Below are positions 13,275 through 27,483 of a DNA stretch of 64,000 nt, piece by piece (the stretch's first letter is position 1; every line of letters starts with the position of its first letter). The notes below the pieces were generated by a model that was not told where the DNA came from, made no database searches, and saw only the letters and a program-made list of their open reading frames with translations. The position numbers and the translations under genes are program-made. Origin of the DNA: Negaprion brevirostris. Its lineage: Eukaryota. The stretch is from the NCBI GenBank assembly GCA_030324005.1, contig JARDVH010000163.1, forward strand, positions 105,294,764 to 105,358,763. The letters run 5' to 3'.

Positions 13275-15470
13275 CTACAAAAAGCAATGCAGCTTTAAGT
13301 AAAATCGAACCAAGTAAAAAAATGACCATTACCATCCTGGCCACTTTTTAGCCTTAGCTGTGCAATGTATTGTGTTATGGACCAGAAAATCTCACTTCTG
13401 TGCATTCAAGATCAGCTGGTTTGGAAAAGTCCCACATTGGAACATTAAAACTACACATTTTCTTGGACTTAGCAAGTCTGAAATTCTCCTCTTTGACTGT
13501 GCTGTATCCTTTTGCTCAAAGTCAGGACAAGGACCTCAGTTCACAAAAGGTCAGCTGTAATGCTCTGCCTGAGCTAGCACTTGTTTGAGTATGAGGACTG
13601 CCAGCAACCTTCAGGCATGCTGTGTGCACCAATACAAAACAACTGGAAAGAATGTTTACAAATAATCATGGAATTGTAATTTAAAACACAAATATTGAAT
13701 GACAGATCTAGCTCAAGCTGATTCATGAAATTCAAATATATACCCAGATTTAACAATTACTCAAAATTGATTTCTAACTGACATTAGAGTCCCATTAATA
13801 GAAGATTGAGACAATAAGGAAGGGAATTTTTACAAAGCTATGACACAAATCACTAAATCTACTTGGTGCATTCATGAAGTTTCAAGCACTTGTGTAACCA
13901 CCACAATTATAGTACTGAACTATTGCACTGGCAAAGCTTACTAACAAACTCTGCTTGGGAACATAATGTCTCATGATACATCTTGTCACGCTTTGAATTT
14001 GCTTTTGCTTGACTGTCCATTTGTCATCCATGGAAATAAAGAACTTCTCTTACTAGCCCCTTCTCAGAGCTGGAATCAGGGTCCCTTGGCTAGAATTTGT
14101 GGTTATGTCAATTTAAGATTTGATCTACATTCCTTCGCAAGGTTTGTTAAAGGTCTTCTGCTCCAGATTCCTTAATCCATTGTCCAGATTATGTTTGGCC
14201 ATCTCCAAAGCTTGTCGTTCCTATTTTAGGGAAAATCAGGCCTATGCACAGTACTCTTGCTGTCTTCAAACCAGTGCACTCTACAAGTTCAGCTATTATC
14301 CCTGTCAGAATAATGTTCAGTCTCATATACTCAAATTGTTAACCACTTTACTGCACTTAAGTGACTCAATCCACCAATAATTAGTGAAGGCCCCTCCCCC
14401 AACATGAAACATCTGACAGTGATTAGCATGACTCCAATAGTCATACATTTAGACAGGCTAAGTAACGATCAAAAAATCTATAGTGTACATGAATTAGATC
14501 TTTATGATTGCTTCCCTATTAAAAGGAAGCTACTTCCTTTAAGTAGGTTTGCCACAAAGTTAAAAAATGGCAAATATTTTCCAAAATGGTTTGCTCTCTA
14601 CTGTTCCAAAATATTAGAAATAAAAACATGATAGAATGCAACAGGTTTACAGCTTTGTATACTGATCACAAAATGAAATGTTGGAACACTTAAATGTTAT
14701 CGTACAAGTTGTGCACCAAATGGAAATAGATTTCCTGCCTCGTGTAATTGTAGTTCAGATTGAACTTTGTTCAGTCAACTTACACAATACTGACAAAATG
14801 ATCAGGTTATCTATAACAATGGTTAAAATAAAGTTTAACTTGATACAGGCAGCTTTAAAGCTAGCCAATTTTAGAGTTAGAATAAGATTACACAAATATA
14901 CATATTCCAAAGAATAGCAGGTACATGTGACTGCCAATTTAATTAACTACTAACCATTCAAACCTGCAAAAAAAAAATGTTAATGACAGCAGGAACCAAA
15001 GCATTGGTCTGGGCTCAAAGGCTTGTTGACAATCCAAGATATGCTGCACTGTTAGTTAACCTCATTCAAAACATGACCTCTTAGTCTTCATCTGCCCTCA
15101 AAAAGGCAGATGTAAAAGATTTTGTATCACTCAAGAACAGTGAACCTGCCCTGACTGGCCCTCCACCACTTAACTGTACAATGAAAACCTGGCTATTTGT
15201 ACCATTGCTATCGTCAGTGCACTCTTGCGCACAGATTTTTTTGCTACATTTTCTGAAATAAAGCAGTGCTAAGCAAATTGCTTTGGGATATCCCTATTTT
15301 ATTTTGCCAAATATTTTATTTAAATTGACTCTAGCCATAGTTCAATTTCACTTCACATGATATCATGCGCTGATTTTATTGGCAGGGATACAATAAATAT
15401 CGAAGTGGAAAAATGCTTGCTAAAAGACCACAAGAATAGCCAAAAAGGTTAAGAAATACAAACAGCTTAC

Positions 15471-16068
15471 CACGTCCTTCAATTCCAGGTCCATATACTT
15501 TAACACTGCTTGTATCCACTGCTGGATCCACCTGCAGCCGTACTGGAAAATTGGGCACAGGCTGCCCTCCGTATTTCAGTGCAATTGTGTGAGGACCATG
15601 CTGACGTGGAATACAGCTGACTGTGTGAGTGCCATCACCATTATCCTGAATGTGGGCTTCAGCCTGAACACCATTCTCTGATACTGGCTCTATGGTCAAT
15701 TCACCAGGGCCAGCTTTAGAACAGTCAACCGTGAATAGTCCAGCTTCTCCAACTTTTCCGCGTTCCAATCCAGGACCAGAGGCAATAACTTTGGAGGGGT
15801 CAAAGGGCAGTTTCACATCTGCCTTGAATGGAGAACCCGGAATGTGAACTTCTTCAAACAAAATATTAATAAGATATTCACCAGCTTCATTTGGTAAATA
15901 GGAGACTGAGCATGTTCCATCCCCATTATCAGAGCACTCAATCTTGGCTTCACATGGACCTTCCACAGTGAGACCCAGCCCACCTGTGCCAGCTCCTTTG
16001 GTGTCTACAGTGAATTCAGCAGATTTGCCAACAACACCATTTTTGAGGCCTGGCCCATACGCTTTTAC
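15471..16068 (-). CDS. FLNB: FLNB exon 21 (598 nt), [11 protein letters not shown]...GPGIEGR
   Basis: gtag/gtaagc sites; ORF 15376..15966. Confidence 0.97.
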
Positions 16069-16467
16069 CTACNNNNNNNNNNACAAAACAAACAAGGCAA
16101 CGAGATGCAGTCACAAGTGGAAAGCTAAAGATATCACCTACCCCAATTCAGATTCAAGTCTTAATAGAATAGCAACTAATTTAACAGCTGAATGGCTTAT
16201 CCTGACTAGGATACCTCCAAGAGTAATCTTTGTCTTGCATGCTACAAAAATGGGAGCGCTCAAGTTTCAACTTGGATTGGAAACTCAACTGCACTGTGCC
16301 ATCAACTGCATTCTAAATTGGCTTGCTTTTCAGTGTAGAGGGAGAGAATCTCTACTTGCTCAATTCTTCAGTTCCTAAATTTGGTGGTTTTTACAATCGA
16401 AAAGAATCTAGAAGCTTGAAAAAGGTACAAAACACCACAGCAAAAATCTAAGTTAGTAGCCACTTAC

Positions 16468-16730
16468 CTTGGAAGGATCTGGAGGTAGTGCAGCTTCCAG
16501 AGTGAACGGGCTGCCTACAATTGGATTCCTGTCATACATCACGTCTACCGTGTATAGTCCTTCTTCCTTGGGGATGTACTTGGCAACACAAGCATCCTTA
16601 CCAGTAACTGGCTCTACTACACAAGGCACAGGTTTCTGTGAAGGACTCGAGATGGTCACATCCACTTTACCTTGCCCCCCTGCTCCTTTTGTGTTTATGC
16701 TGAACTGCTGATCTTTCCCAACCTCTACTC
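16468..16730 (-). CDS. FLNB: FLNB exon 20 (263 nt), RVEVGKDQQF...PPDPSK
   Basis: ttag/gtaagt sites; ORF 16453..16785. Confidence 0.96.
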
Positions 16731-17641
16731 CTAATAATAGAAACAAAAATGTATTTGTCATGCAAACAGGCAACCACAAACACATTAACAGTTACCTAGT
16801 GTATAATTCTTCAGACAAGAGAATTCAGGAATAGGGACATTTTCTAAACATGCACCCAGAGATTGGCATTTTCTGGCCAATCACACTGGCAAGATATTGC
16901 AGTCCTACCAATGGCAAAACCTACTGACAGTTTCCTGGCAGCAGAGGGTTTGTGTGCATGTTGAAACAAAGTGTTGGGGTGGGGGCACTGAATATTCTGC
17001 CCCATGTCTCACCTTCTGCACAACACCCAATACTACAAAATTAAATTTACATTTCATCTCAGAATTCACATTGGCAGTGTTTATCTTTAGGGGGACCAGA
17101 GGTGGTGAACTAGGTTAGCATTGGACAGAACTAATTGCGTGCAAAAAAATGGATTCATTACAAAATCTGACCCGTAGTCAGCCTCAGTAACATCCTAAAA
17201 AAAGTCTTGTGCCTAAACAAGAATCTTCAGAGGTCACCCTTGAACCAACCACCACAAAAACACAATTGGAACACCGTAAAAGAATAGCAGAAATTCAAAA
17301 ACAGATCAAAACTGATATTTAGCCATCACTAAAAAAGGTGGTCCAAAACACAAAAATACAATGCAAACTAAAAATATGACATGGGGAAAATGGTATTTTT
17401 GTTGGGTTGCCAGTTTTAGTTAAAGGCATACCAAAAAGACAGTGAAAAAGGATCTGAAATAGAAAAAATGTTGATGAATCAATTCTATTAGACGCTGGAC
17501 TAGAAGTAGTGCAATTGTAATGTATGTTACATGAAGCATTTAGCACAGAAACAAAGCTGTAACACTGTTCAATTCAAAACCAACTGATCTACAAGTACAA
17601 ATACATTTCTCTCGAAGCAATTCAAATTGAGATGTACATAC

Positions 17642-17759
17642 TGTTTTCAAGACCATTAACCGTGATCTTGCTCATGTCAAGTGGATATGCTACCTCTATG
17701 CCGAAAGGACTCTTGGGAATTGGATCGCCACCATAGGTCACAGCAATTCCCATCTTACC
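17642..17759 (-). CDS. FLNB: FLNB exon 19 (118 nt), GKMGIAVTYGGDPIPKSPF...GLEN
   Basis: tcag/gtatgt sites; hand-translated. Confidence 0.95.
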
Positions 17760-17864
17760 CTGAAATACACATTAGAATAATACTTTGTATATTTTACAAA
17801 ACAGGCTAGAGCAGTTTTACCCAAATAAATAGATTTCACATGAATATATGACAGGCAACTCTGC

Positions 17865-20140
17865 CATGGAGCTTGCTCAGAAATTCAACAAGATCATGGT
17901 TGATCAGATTGTAAATCCCATTGACCTTGCACAAAGATATATCTATCTTTGCCTTAATATTCAAAGGCCCAGCTTGCCTTTTGAGAAGTTCAAAAGGCCC
18001 CTGGCCCCTTCATTAGCCTCAAATTAAATCACTAATTTTTAAACTGTGACCCTAGGTTCTCCCACAAGAGGCATCTTTTCCACATCCACTGCCAAGCCCC
18101 CTCAGAACACTTAAGATTTCAATCAAGTCACCTCTTACTCATGTATCCACCATTTACAAGCTGAACCTTCATGACAACCTGTTCATTCCAGATATCAGTA
18201 ACCCTTTGTCAAACTGCTTCAAATGCATTTATTTCCTTTAAAGGAAATCAATATGGTACACACTATTTCAGATGCATCACCAGTGAACTTTTGTAAAAAG
18301 TTCCCCTCAGAATAAATAATATTCTATTAGTTTTCCCAACTACTTTCCTTGCATACTAACGTTTACAATTCATGTGCTAGGACATCCATATTCTTCCTAA
18401 TCCAAGCTCTGCAATTTCTCACCATGATGTGCTTTTGTATACTTCCTGCCAAAATGGGCAATTTCACATTTGCCTACATGATACTCCATTTGTCAGATCT
18501 TTGCCCACTCACTTAACTACTGTCACTTTGTAGCCTCCTTGCATCCTCTTCAGAGCTTGCTTTCCTACCCATCTTGTCTCAATATCATCTGTGCATTCAT
18601 CCAATTCATTTACATAAATTAAGTAAGTTGAGTCCGGGCACTGACTGGTAGGCCAATTACATTCTGCTAGAAAAGACCCACTTACGGTTAGCCCCAGTTT
18701 CCTTTAGCAAGTCAATCTTCTATTCATGCCAATGTTACGTCCCTACAACATGAACTTTGTTTTCTGCAATAACCTTTGTGGCACAGTCATGTGTCTTCTA
18801 GAAATCCAAGCACTGTACATCCAACAGTTCTCCTTTATGTACAGCATGTGACTCAGAACACAGCACAGGAAACAGGCCCTTTGGCCCAACAAGCCCACGC
18901 TGCCATTTTAACATTGTGAGTGCCCTCTTCTACCTATGACCTTTGTCTACGCCTACTGGACTCCACAATAAAGGAATTANNNNNNNNNNNNNNNNNNNNN
19001 NNNNNNNNNNNNNNNNNNNNNNNNNNNNNNNNNNNNNNNNNNNNNNNNNNNNNNNNNNNNNNNNNNNNNNNNNNNNNNNNNNNNNNNNNNNNNNNNNNNN
19101 NNNNNNNNNNNNNNNNNNNNNNNNNNNNNNNNNNNNNNNNNNNNNNNNNNNNNNNNNNNNNNNNNNNNNNNNNNNNNNNNNNNNNNNNNNNNNNNNNNNN
19201 NNNNNNNNNNNNNNNNNNNNNNNNNNNNNNNNNNNNNNNNNNNNNNNNNNNNNNNNNNNNNNNNNNNNNTTCCCCTGCCCACGTTAAAGATAGTTGGCCT
19301 ATAGTTTCTGGTCTCCCTTTGACTAAAAATAGGGATATGTGCTATTTTCCCATCTAATGGAATCGTTCCCAAATCTAGTGAATGCTGGAAAATTAAAACT
19401 AAACTATTTTACTAACTACTACTTTGAGGACTCAGGAAGTTTCAGGACTCAGGTCAGCCCCATAGCTCCAACTACTTGCTCAATTCCATTTCTCTGGCAA
19501 GTCTAATTTTCTGGAGTTCCTTTTCCCATTTCCTGATGGGCTATTTCTGGAATGTTACTTATATCTACATCCTCTATAGTAAAAGAGGGATACAAAATGC
19601 CTATTTCAATTTGTTAGCCATTTCCTTACTTTACATTATTAATTCTCCATACTCACTTTCTAAATGACCAACACTTAGAAACTCTCGTCTTAATACTCCC
19701 TCAATCTTTTAGTCATTTATATTCTGTTCAATTTTCTGACCTACCATTCACTTCACTGCAAAATGCTTTTTCTTTGTGATATCTTTAACTAGTTAACAAC
19801 AGATGCTAGGTTTTTCAATGAAATTCTTTGCTGGATTGTATCTATATAGATTATAGATATATTGACTATTCCAAAATATTTGTTGCTGCATCTCAATTGA
19901 TGTATCCTTTAACTCTATGTGCCAATTCACTTCTACTTTCATGCCCTCATAACTGTCGTTCAAGTTTTAAATACTAGTTTTGCCTCCAATATCCTATTGG
20001 TCTAACAATGCAAAATTCAATCATATTAATGATTACTGCTACCTAGGGATACCTTCAGGAGGTCATCAATTAATCCCACTCATTGCACAGTACCAGGCTA
20101 GTATTACCTGCTCTGTTGCTGTTCCAAGAAACTATCCCAA
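17865..20140 (-). mobile_element. Degraded CR1-group LINE
   Basis: GTIPLDGKIAH..NYRP remnant; cattttggcagg and mei-like CR1 segments. Confidence 0.6.
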
Positions 20141-20197
20141 AGATCTTGCTTCCATGCAAGAAATAATGAAGTACGATAGGTGAATACCAGTACCCAC

Positions 20198-20367
20198 CTG
20201 CTGTAGTGGTGTATACTTGACTGTCTGCGAGTAGTCATAATTATCAATAATTTCAAAATCAGCAACGGCATCTCCTTTTGCAGGTCCACTGAAACGTGCT
20301 TGAAGTGGGGCCTTCCCAGCACCTTTTGTAAAGACGGTGAAGTGGGTTGGCTTCCCAAGTTCTACTC
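20198..20367 (-). CDS. FLNB: FLNB exon 18 (170 nt), [12 protein letters not shown]...YTPLQQ
   Basis: acag/gtgggt sites. Confidence 0.96.
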
Positions 20368-22120
20368 CTGTCCATTGAAAAAACATTACTCAGAGCTTAT
20401 TATGCAACAAATGCTATCAGACAACAGGGAAACTAATGGGGAGGGGGCAGCATTCCCCCAAAAATGATAAATTTGCCCTGCAGAATACAATTTCAAAATA
20501 TTCCAGAATAAGTAACCACTGATCCTTGCTCCCTCACAACGAGATTACTCCTTCAGAGGTCTGTAATTCCAGGTAGCCTGAGACCACTGGTAAAACATGG
20601 GAATGACTGCCAGCAGCTAGAGTTGACAGCACCTTATTCCAGGCCAAAATTATTAATGAGTATTTGAATTTGAAACCATTGAACAAGTTTGCAAAAAGAT
20701 GGCCAGTTGAGTATAAGCATTACATTGAGCACAAACATCAGTCCAGTATTGTCCCCTCAATCAAAGTCACACAACAAAAATGTGCACACCCAAAATCTCA
20801 ACTTGTCCATTAGAGCAAAAAGAATACAATATTGGATAACCCTGACAATTAAGGCAAACATGTTATTTACCATGGCTGATTACATGCATTGACCATTATC
20901 CTTTCAAGGCAAGCAGGTTTTCTTCATTTTCTGGAGTCAAGAACAGTATAAAATACCACAGAATGATAGAGTTGAATACCACTTTAACATCTGCTTAGAA
21001 GTACCTTGATTATTTACAGTTGCTCCCTGCAGAGATTTCCAGAATGAATTGAGGCTTGCTCAAGTAATAGGCATTACGTTAAAAATTATACTCCACAAGA
21101 ACATACCAGGCAAACCAAAAGCAGACAGTCTTTTGGCCCAGGTTAGCTTTCTTCAACAAAAGCTACATAGTGGTTGAAAAAGGAAAGATCGCCATGGGGG
21201 TTAGGGGCACAGAACAGCACTATTCTAAGTCATAAGGAAACCACATGGTTTCCAGAGTCTTTTCAGATTTATCACATTACATTGCTCGATGACAAAGACA
21301 TATGGAGCTGCCTATTTTGAACAATCAAGTCATGCACTGACATAAATAGCCTTTTAACCATAATTATTTCATACTGCATTTCTGCAGTAACACAAATATT
21401 TCAATATTTCTTCACACCACAGAACCACACAGCCTCAGTTACTTAAATCTGATTGCTTAGTTTTTTTTAAAAACTGCAACCAGCAGNNNNNNNNNNNNNN
21501 NNNNNNNNNNNNNNNNNNNNNNNNNNNNNNNNNNNNNNNNNNNNNNNNNNNNNNNNNNNNNNNNNNNNNNNNNNNNNNNNNNNNNNGTTTTTTTTAAAAA
21601 CTGCAACCAGCAGCAAGCACCAAATTTGTTGTTATCGACATTCATTAAGGCACTCTGAAGTTGCTCAAAGACAGCTGTGGAACCAATACTTCCATCATAA
21701 TACATCACTCTTAGCTATGGACATGCATTAGAAAGTGGATCAGAGTTCTTTTCCAGGACTACCATAAGGAGAAGCTTGTCATTGACAAAGAAACAGGCCA
21801 AAATATTCAATTACAATTCAGGGAACTGATTAAGATTGCTTGCAAAAGCGACAAAGACTTACAGGTTGAGGAATTTCAATTTGATCTACTAAACCTGAGC
21901 AATGGTTCAAAACAAAACAACGTACCCTGCTTTATGTAGCAAGTCCCAAGATATTTTACCAAGTTCACATGCATGCTTTGGAATATTTGATACACAATGT
22001 TATAAGCTGTGAATACTAGCAAAAAACTTTAATAGCACAGAACAAGGTGCAAAATAGACAAAGATCTGAAGGCTGAACTGACCTACAAATGCTCTCATGG
22101 GATTAAGTGTTGACTCTTAC

Positions 22121-22211
22121 CAGTTTTACTTAACCCCGGACCTTCAGCCTTAACTTTGCTGGCATCATGTGATGGATCCACTTTAACTCTGAAAGAGCCC
22201 ATGGGAATTTC
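22121..22211 (-). CDS. FLNB: FLNB exon 17 (91 nt), [30 protein letters not shown]
   Basis: atag/gtaaga sites; 90-nt upstream intron. Confidence 0.95.
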
Positions 22212-22301
22212 CTATTGAAAAAAGGATGGAGGATCAGCCAATTGCACAAACTACAAGAGCCAAGCTGTAATGCTGGGTAGCTTTAGTTACAGGATACAAA
22301 C

Positions 22302-22462
22302 CTGACCAGCAAACAGTACTTTAATGGTGTACCGACCAGCAGCAGGCGGTGTATATTTGACTGTGAAAGTATCGTTAGGATTTGTAATGATGTCAAACTC
22401 AATGTCCTCCTCAGATTCACTAATCACACGAGCATCACATTTTATGCCAACACTGACATCAC
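22302..22462 (-). CDS. FLNB: FLNB exon 16 (161 nt), [16 protein letters not shown]...LFAGQ
   Basis: tcag/gtttgt sites. Confidence 0.95.
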
Positions 22463-23059
22463 CTGAAGACAAGCGTAAAAGAGAAGTTACAATTGACCTC
22501 AACTGGAAACATGTGTAAATCTGCTTAGCTAGTATCACATTTTCCTGATAACCAAATACAAAATTTCCTTCCATATTGCACATTTGCATTTCTGCTTGGC
22601 CTTCTGCATGGTAATGGGGATGCATCAGTCTTGACTAGTAATATTAACAGGGTTTGACCACTGACTATTGCTACCAAGTAAACTTGGACTTATTACTATG
22701 ACAGGAATCAGAGTTCCTGTGGCATACCCGTGCACAAATCACAAGAGCAAAGTTCAGGAATCCTGCCAATTTTTTCCTCTTCAACATAGTAAAGTTAGTT
22801 TTAACGTTCCTATTTCCTAGTCATCTGAAGAGATCAACATGGACTTGGGATGAAACCAGAGATCACCCCAGTCTCATCAGTTCGGTGAATACTGAAAATT
22901 CATGAAGTCGTTGACTCATGTGGACTGTTTCATCTGACATCCTGTTCAATTGTTATTCTTTTAGGATTAGGATTTCAGAAAAAAAGTCTTAAAGCCAAAT
23001 GTTTGCTCACCACCACTGAACTGGTCTATTCTGAACCAGAGCAAAAATGCATGATCAAG

Positions 23060-23770
23060 AAAGGTTGGACAGACAAGTGGCAAGTCACATTCACACCTCA
23101 CAAGAGGCAGACAATTCCAAGACAGAATTCAACCTTCCCCTCGTGACATGACTATCACTGAATCCCCTACTTTAGCAGTTTGCATTGACAAACAATAATG
23201 CAATTGGACTCAATGCAAATACTGTGGCTACAAGGGCACACTACAGACTTAAAATTCTGCAGATGGTTGCTCACCTGACTCCAAAGCCCAACCACCATCT
23301 ACAAGCCCAAGTCACGAATGTGATGGAATATTCCCCACTTGCCTAGTTGAGTGCAGCTTCACTCAAGTTTGACACCATCCAGGTCAAAGCAGCCCACTTG
23401 ATTGGCACCTCACCCACCAACTTAAATATTCATTCCCCCCAGTACTGCATACCATTTATAAGATTCACTGCAGCACCTCCCAAGCCCACAACCTGTATCA
23501 CTGAGAAGGACAAGAGCAGCAAATGCATGGGAACACCACCATCACCTACAAGCTCTCCTAGCCACACACCATCCTGACTTGGAAATATACTCCTATTCCT
23601 TCACCCTTGCTGGGTTAAAGTCGTGAAACTCTCATCCTAACTGCACTGTGGGTCTACCTGCATCACACGGACTGCAGAAGTTGGGAGGTGGCTCACTATT
23701 ACCTTTAAGGATAATTAGGGATGGGTAATAAATGCTGGACTAGCCAGCAACACCCACATCCTGTAAACGA
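23060..23770 (+). mobile_element. L2/CR1-group LINE 3' end
   Basis: TIYKPKS..VMEYSPLA*LSAA..KFDTIQVKAAHLI; tail gggtaataaatgctgg..ccacatcctgtaaacgaataaa. Confidence 0.7.
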
Positions 23771-23886
23771 ATAAATATAGAGTGAGTCAGTCTTATGGTA
23801 TGACCACAACTGGAAGAGCAACTGTGCAGAAATGGTCGAGGGAAACAAGAAATGAATAGCATACATTTTCCAGGCCTTTTCCTTAC

Positions 23887-24010
23887 CTTCCCCAGCTTCT
23901 GTGCAATCCACTGTAAAATGAGTCGGTTCATTAGCTTTCAAACCAGTTCTTTCAATGCCGGGACCAAAAACCTTCACCTTCTGTGGATGACTCCCCTGGC
24001 CGATATTAAT
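23887..24010 (-). CDS. FLNB: FLNB exon 15 (124 nt), [18 protein letters not shown]...EAGE
   Basis: ttag/gtaagg sites. Confidence 0.96.
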
Positions 24011-24541
24011 CTAAAGACACAAGTTAATTTAGAAAAACGAAACAGCTAAGCAGTCATTTTAAACATGCCTGTGCTTCACATAACTCTGTAGATAAATATA
24101 CACTTCTGTGGGGTACTGAACTATTTAAGAGTCACAAATCATCCCAAAGGGGCCATAACTAATTTCCTAAAAGTTTCTTGGCATAAAGAATGAGTTTCAA
24201 ACAGATTTCAAATTTAAATTTGCTACTTGGGAAATTCCCAAATAGCAAGGAGTTCAGTACAACCCTGGCTCCAGCTAAGACTTGGTCATTATGGAGAATA
24301 AAAAGAGCATCAAAATCCTGAAACCATTTGTGTCAGAAGTTAAGTCTTGGCAAGTGTCAACACATCTGCATGAGGAAAAGGGCAAACTGACTACTTATAC
24401 ATAACTACTGAAAGCAAAATTGAAGTTCTAACTATGTCTTGCAAAGCAAGAACAGACATTAGGGTACAGGCCATTGACAGGAACACCATCTTCCTACTAC
24501 ATGCAAGATCAAGGGAATGACAGAAGTGAATGCCAACTTAC

Positions 24542-24685
24542 TCTGAATGGGCTGTTGGGGACATTGACTCCTCCCCATGCAATTGCAACAGTGTGCTTGA
24601 TCGGTTTGGTCGGAATATAGGAGCAGGCTGTTAATCCATCGCCTTTATTCTTTACTTGAACATTGATAGGAATGCCTTCGGAATC
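24542..24685 (-). CDS. FLNB: FLNB exon 14 (144 nt), [12 protein letters not shown]...PNSPFR
   Basis: atag/gtaagt sites; hand-translated. Confidence 0.95.
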
Positions 24686-24710
24686 CTATAAATTGCAGAT
24701 ACAAACAGTC

Positions 24711-24941
24711 ATAGAATCCCAACAATGCAGAAGGTAGCCATTTTGGCCATCGACCCTGCATCGACAGTAATTTCACCCAGACCCTATCTCCATATTTACT
24801 CTGCCAATTAACCTAACCTGCACGTCTTCAGTGTGGGAGAAAACCCACAGAACATGCAAACTCCACACAAGGCATTCACTCAAGACTGGAATTAAATTCA
24901 GGTCCCTGGTGCTGTGAGGCAGCAGTGCTAACCACTGTGCC
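24711..24941 (-). mobile_element. HE1-like tRNA-SINE with CR1/HER1-type tail
   Basis: tagaatccc..gcagaagg..gccatt..ggccatcga tail; ctggtgctgtgaggcagcagtgctaaccactgtgc head. Confidence 0.75.
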
Positions 24942-25479
24942 ATCCAATGGAAAAGCTTTTTACATTAAAGACTGCCTTATGCAGCAGGATCTTTATCTAG
25001 CAGTGCTATTAAAACTTCAACAATATCACTTATAAAGGTGATAAGAATTCAGCTGCAGGGAGGAACTTTAAGTCTTGAACACTAAATGTCACAAATCTAA
25101 ACACAAATTTTAAGCCAAAAGTGGGATCCTACTTCTCAGGCAGTGTTCAAAACAAAAAAGATTTCCATCCCCCTCTCCCCCCCAAACTGCACATTACAGG
25201 ATTACAATCCATGCAAGTGCATGTGTCATGGGTGTACAAACAAACAGGTGTTACTAATTCACTGTACTAAGCAGCCTCTGAACCAGAGCGTCTGGGGCCA
25301 ATTTTCTATTCTGTTGCCAAAGAATGTCAACCTGTCTTTTTTTTAAAAATAAAAAGTTTTCTATTGCTTCATATTAGATAGTTGGCAAGGGCATATTTTC
25401 CAAATTGCATTGGAAAGTTCATACGATGATAAGACTTGCATAATAGTGGGGAACAAAATGCAGAATTGGTTCTTCTTAC

Positions 25480-25593
25480 TTGTGCGTAAATTTTTAGTGG
25501 TGCCTTCCCAGCATCTTTAGCATCCACTGTGAATTCAGCTGGTTTGTGAACAATGCAGCCAGTTCTCTCCAAGCCAGGACCATAGGCTTTAAC
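25480..25593 (-). CDS. FLNB: FLNB exon 13 (114 nt), [21 protein letters not shown]...IYAQ
   Basis: acag/gtaaga sites. Confidence 0.96.
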
Positions 25594-25919
25594 CTGTGCG
25601 AGGAGGAAAACACCACATCTTGTAACAAAAAGTCACCGTTCAATAGATTCCTCCATTCTTCAGAATATACAATATCATAGCTGCCATTTAAAATATCTAA
25701 TATATAGATATCCCTTTCAGGATTACCAAATTAGCCTAAACCAGAAATGTCAACTATAGGACTAAGAGGTATTTTAAGCTTATTTGAATGACTTTGCATT
25801 TTATTTACTAATCTTTGCAACATACAGCACCAATGCATCATCTACATTGTAAAATGCAGCTTAGAAAACCTATACATGCTTATTTAACCACTTTCCACAT
25901 TCATCTGGCTATCAAGGCT

Positions 25920-26120
25920 GATGTGGAGATGCTGGCATTGGACTAGGGGAAACAGTAAGAAGTGTCAACACCAGGTTGAAGTCCAACAGGAGCTTGGTGC
26001 TCTTGTCAGACGAGCAAAGGTGAACTCACCTGATGGAGCAGAAGGTGCTCTGAAAGCTAGTGGATTTTGCTATCAAATAAACCTATTGGACTTCAACCTG
26101 GTGTTGAGAGGCTTCTTACA
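25920..26120. mobile_element. Same palindromic Penelope-derived family, degenerate hammerhead at ~26030-26060
   Basis: Head gatgtggagatgctggcattggact; inverted caacaccaggttgaagtccaa / ttggacttcaacctggtgttg. Confidence 0.75.
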
Positions 26121-27289
26121 GTATCATGGCTGAGCCAGACTGTTACTAAATAAGGGGGAAAGCCCTGGTCATCAAGCACATACAATACAGTTAGACAGAA
26201 ATGAGCAAGCTACACCAAGTTGTAAAATGGGTTCCATGTCAATGTACATCCCAGCAGACCTGATAATCTTGAATAAAAAGCACTGCAACCAACTTTAAGT
26301 ACTGATCATTCTTGAGCGCTAGAATTTTGCTTTGCTAATGACTTAATGGTNNNNNNNNNNNNNNNNNNNNNNNNNNNNNNNNNNNNNNNNNNNNNNNNNN
26401 NNNNNNNNNNNNNNNNNNNNNNNNNNNNNNNNNNNNNNNNNNNNNNNNNNTTTGTTGTGTTCTTAATATATTCAGGATATGCATCAAAGTGATTTAATCT
26501 CCTTTGCACCTGCCTCAAGTAATTAGCCAGAGTGTGTGAGCAAGAGACAGGAGGCAGCGTTCTACGAACTACCTTACAATATATGCCATGATCAAGTTTT
26601 ATAAAAATGAATTTAAGACAAACATTTAATGCATCAGAAGTTCTGTGCATTTATTGAATTGCCCTTTGTATGCTTCAGAAGTGGTGTTTACAATGACCTG
26701 GAGTTCAGTCTGAGCAAGCACAAGCGTCACCTGCATACTGGAACTCAACAATTGAAGTGATTTTGTTTCCTCCTATTTAAGGCTTGGACAATTTACAGCA
26801 GACACTTCAAAATACTGCAGTATCACCAGCAGCGAGATTGTAAGATCTTGCAAATCTGTTGGCAAGATAATGTTCCAACAACAGCCCTCCAAGCCAACAT
26901 GTCCAGCATTAAGGCATGTAACAGTTCTGTTGGACATGACATTCATATGCTGAGGCCACATTCCCCAAAAGCAACTACTCCACTCAACTTGCAGCAAAAA
27001 AACTTCCAGGAGGATAGTGGAGATGCTTTCAGAGATGTCCTCAAAGCATCAATGGTGGTTAAACATCCCCACTGACACATGGCAATCCCTAGAAAAGATT
27101 TATTTGGGACATGACAAAATGAGACTGTCAGGAACAAAGATGAAGTGAAGCTCCAAAGTGTGTACAAACTTCTCAACTCATCTACTCGACCATCTAAGCA
27201 CCAACTGCCCCACAGAGATGTACTATTACTATCTCAGAACCCATCAAATAATGGGAACAAGTCATACTTGATTCCCAAAGGACTCTTGC

Positions 27290-27483
27290 CTTATCAGGAT
27301 GGAAGGCACTTGATGCAGGTTGAATGGTGGCCATAAAAGGACTATCCACGATGTCGTCATCATCGCACAAAACATGCACTGCATATTCACCAGGTTCTGT
27401 TGGCCAGTAGCGTACATTACAGGAGCCATCACTCTGATCATCACATTCAATCTTGGCTTGAGAGGGACCCTCCACTGCAAAAC
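27290..27483 (-). CDS. FLNB: FLNB exon 12 (194 nt), [14 protein letters not shown]...FHPDK; non-canonical GC donor
   Basis: gcag acceptor; AAG|GCAAGA donor gives the expected length and phase 0. Confidence 0.9.

Noticed and set aside
21460-21613. Direct repeat ttttttaaaaactgcaaccagcag on both sides of a 100-N gap
   Set aside because: Typical unmerged contig overlap, an assembly artefact
10761-22518. Plus-strand ORFs overlapping exons (10761, 13115, 15944, 16469, 22324)
   Set aside because: Antisense shadows of filamin codon usage
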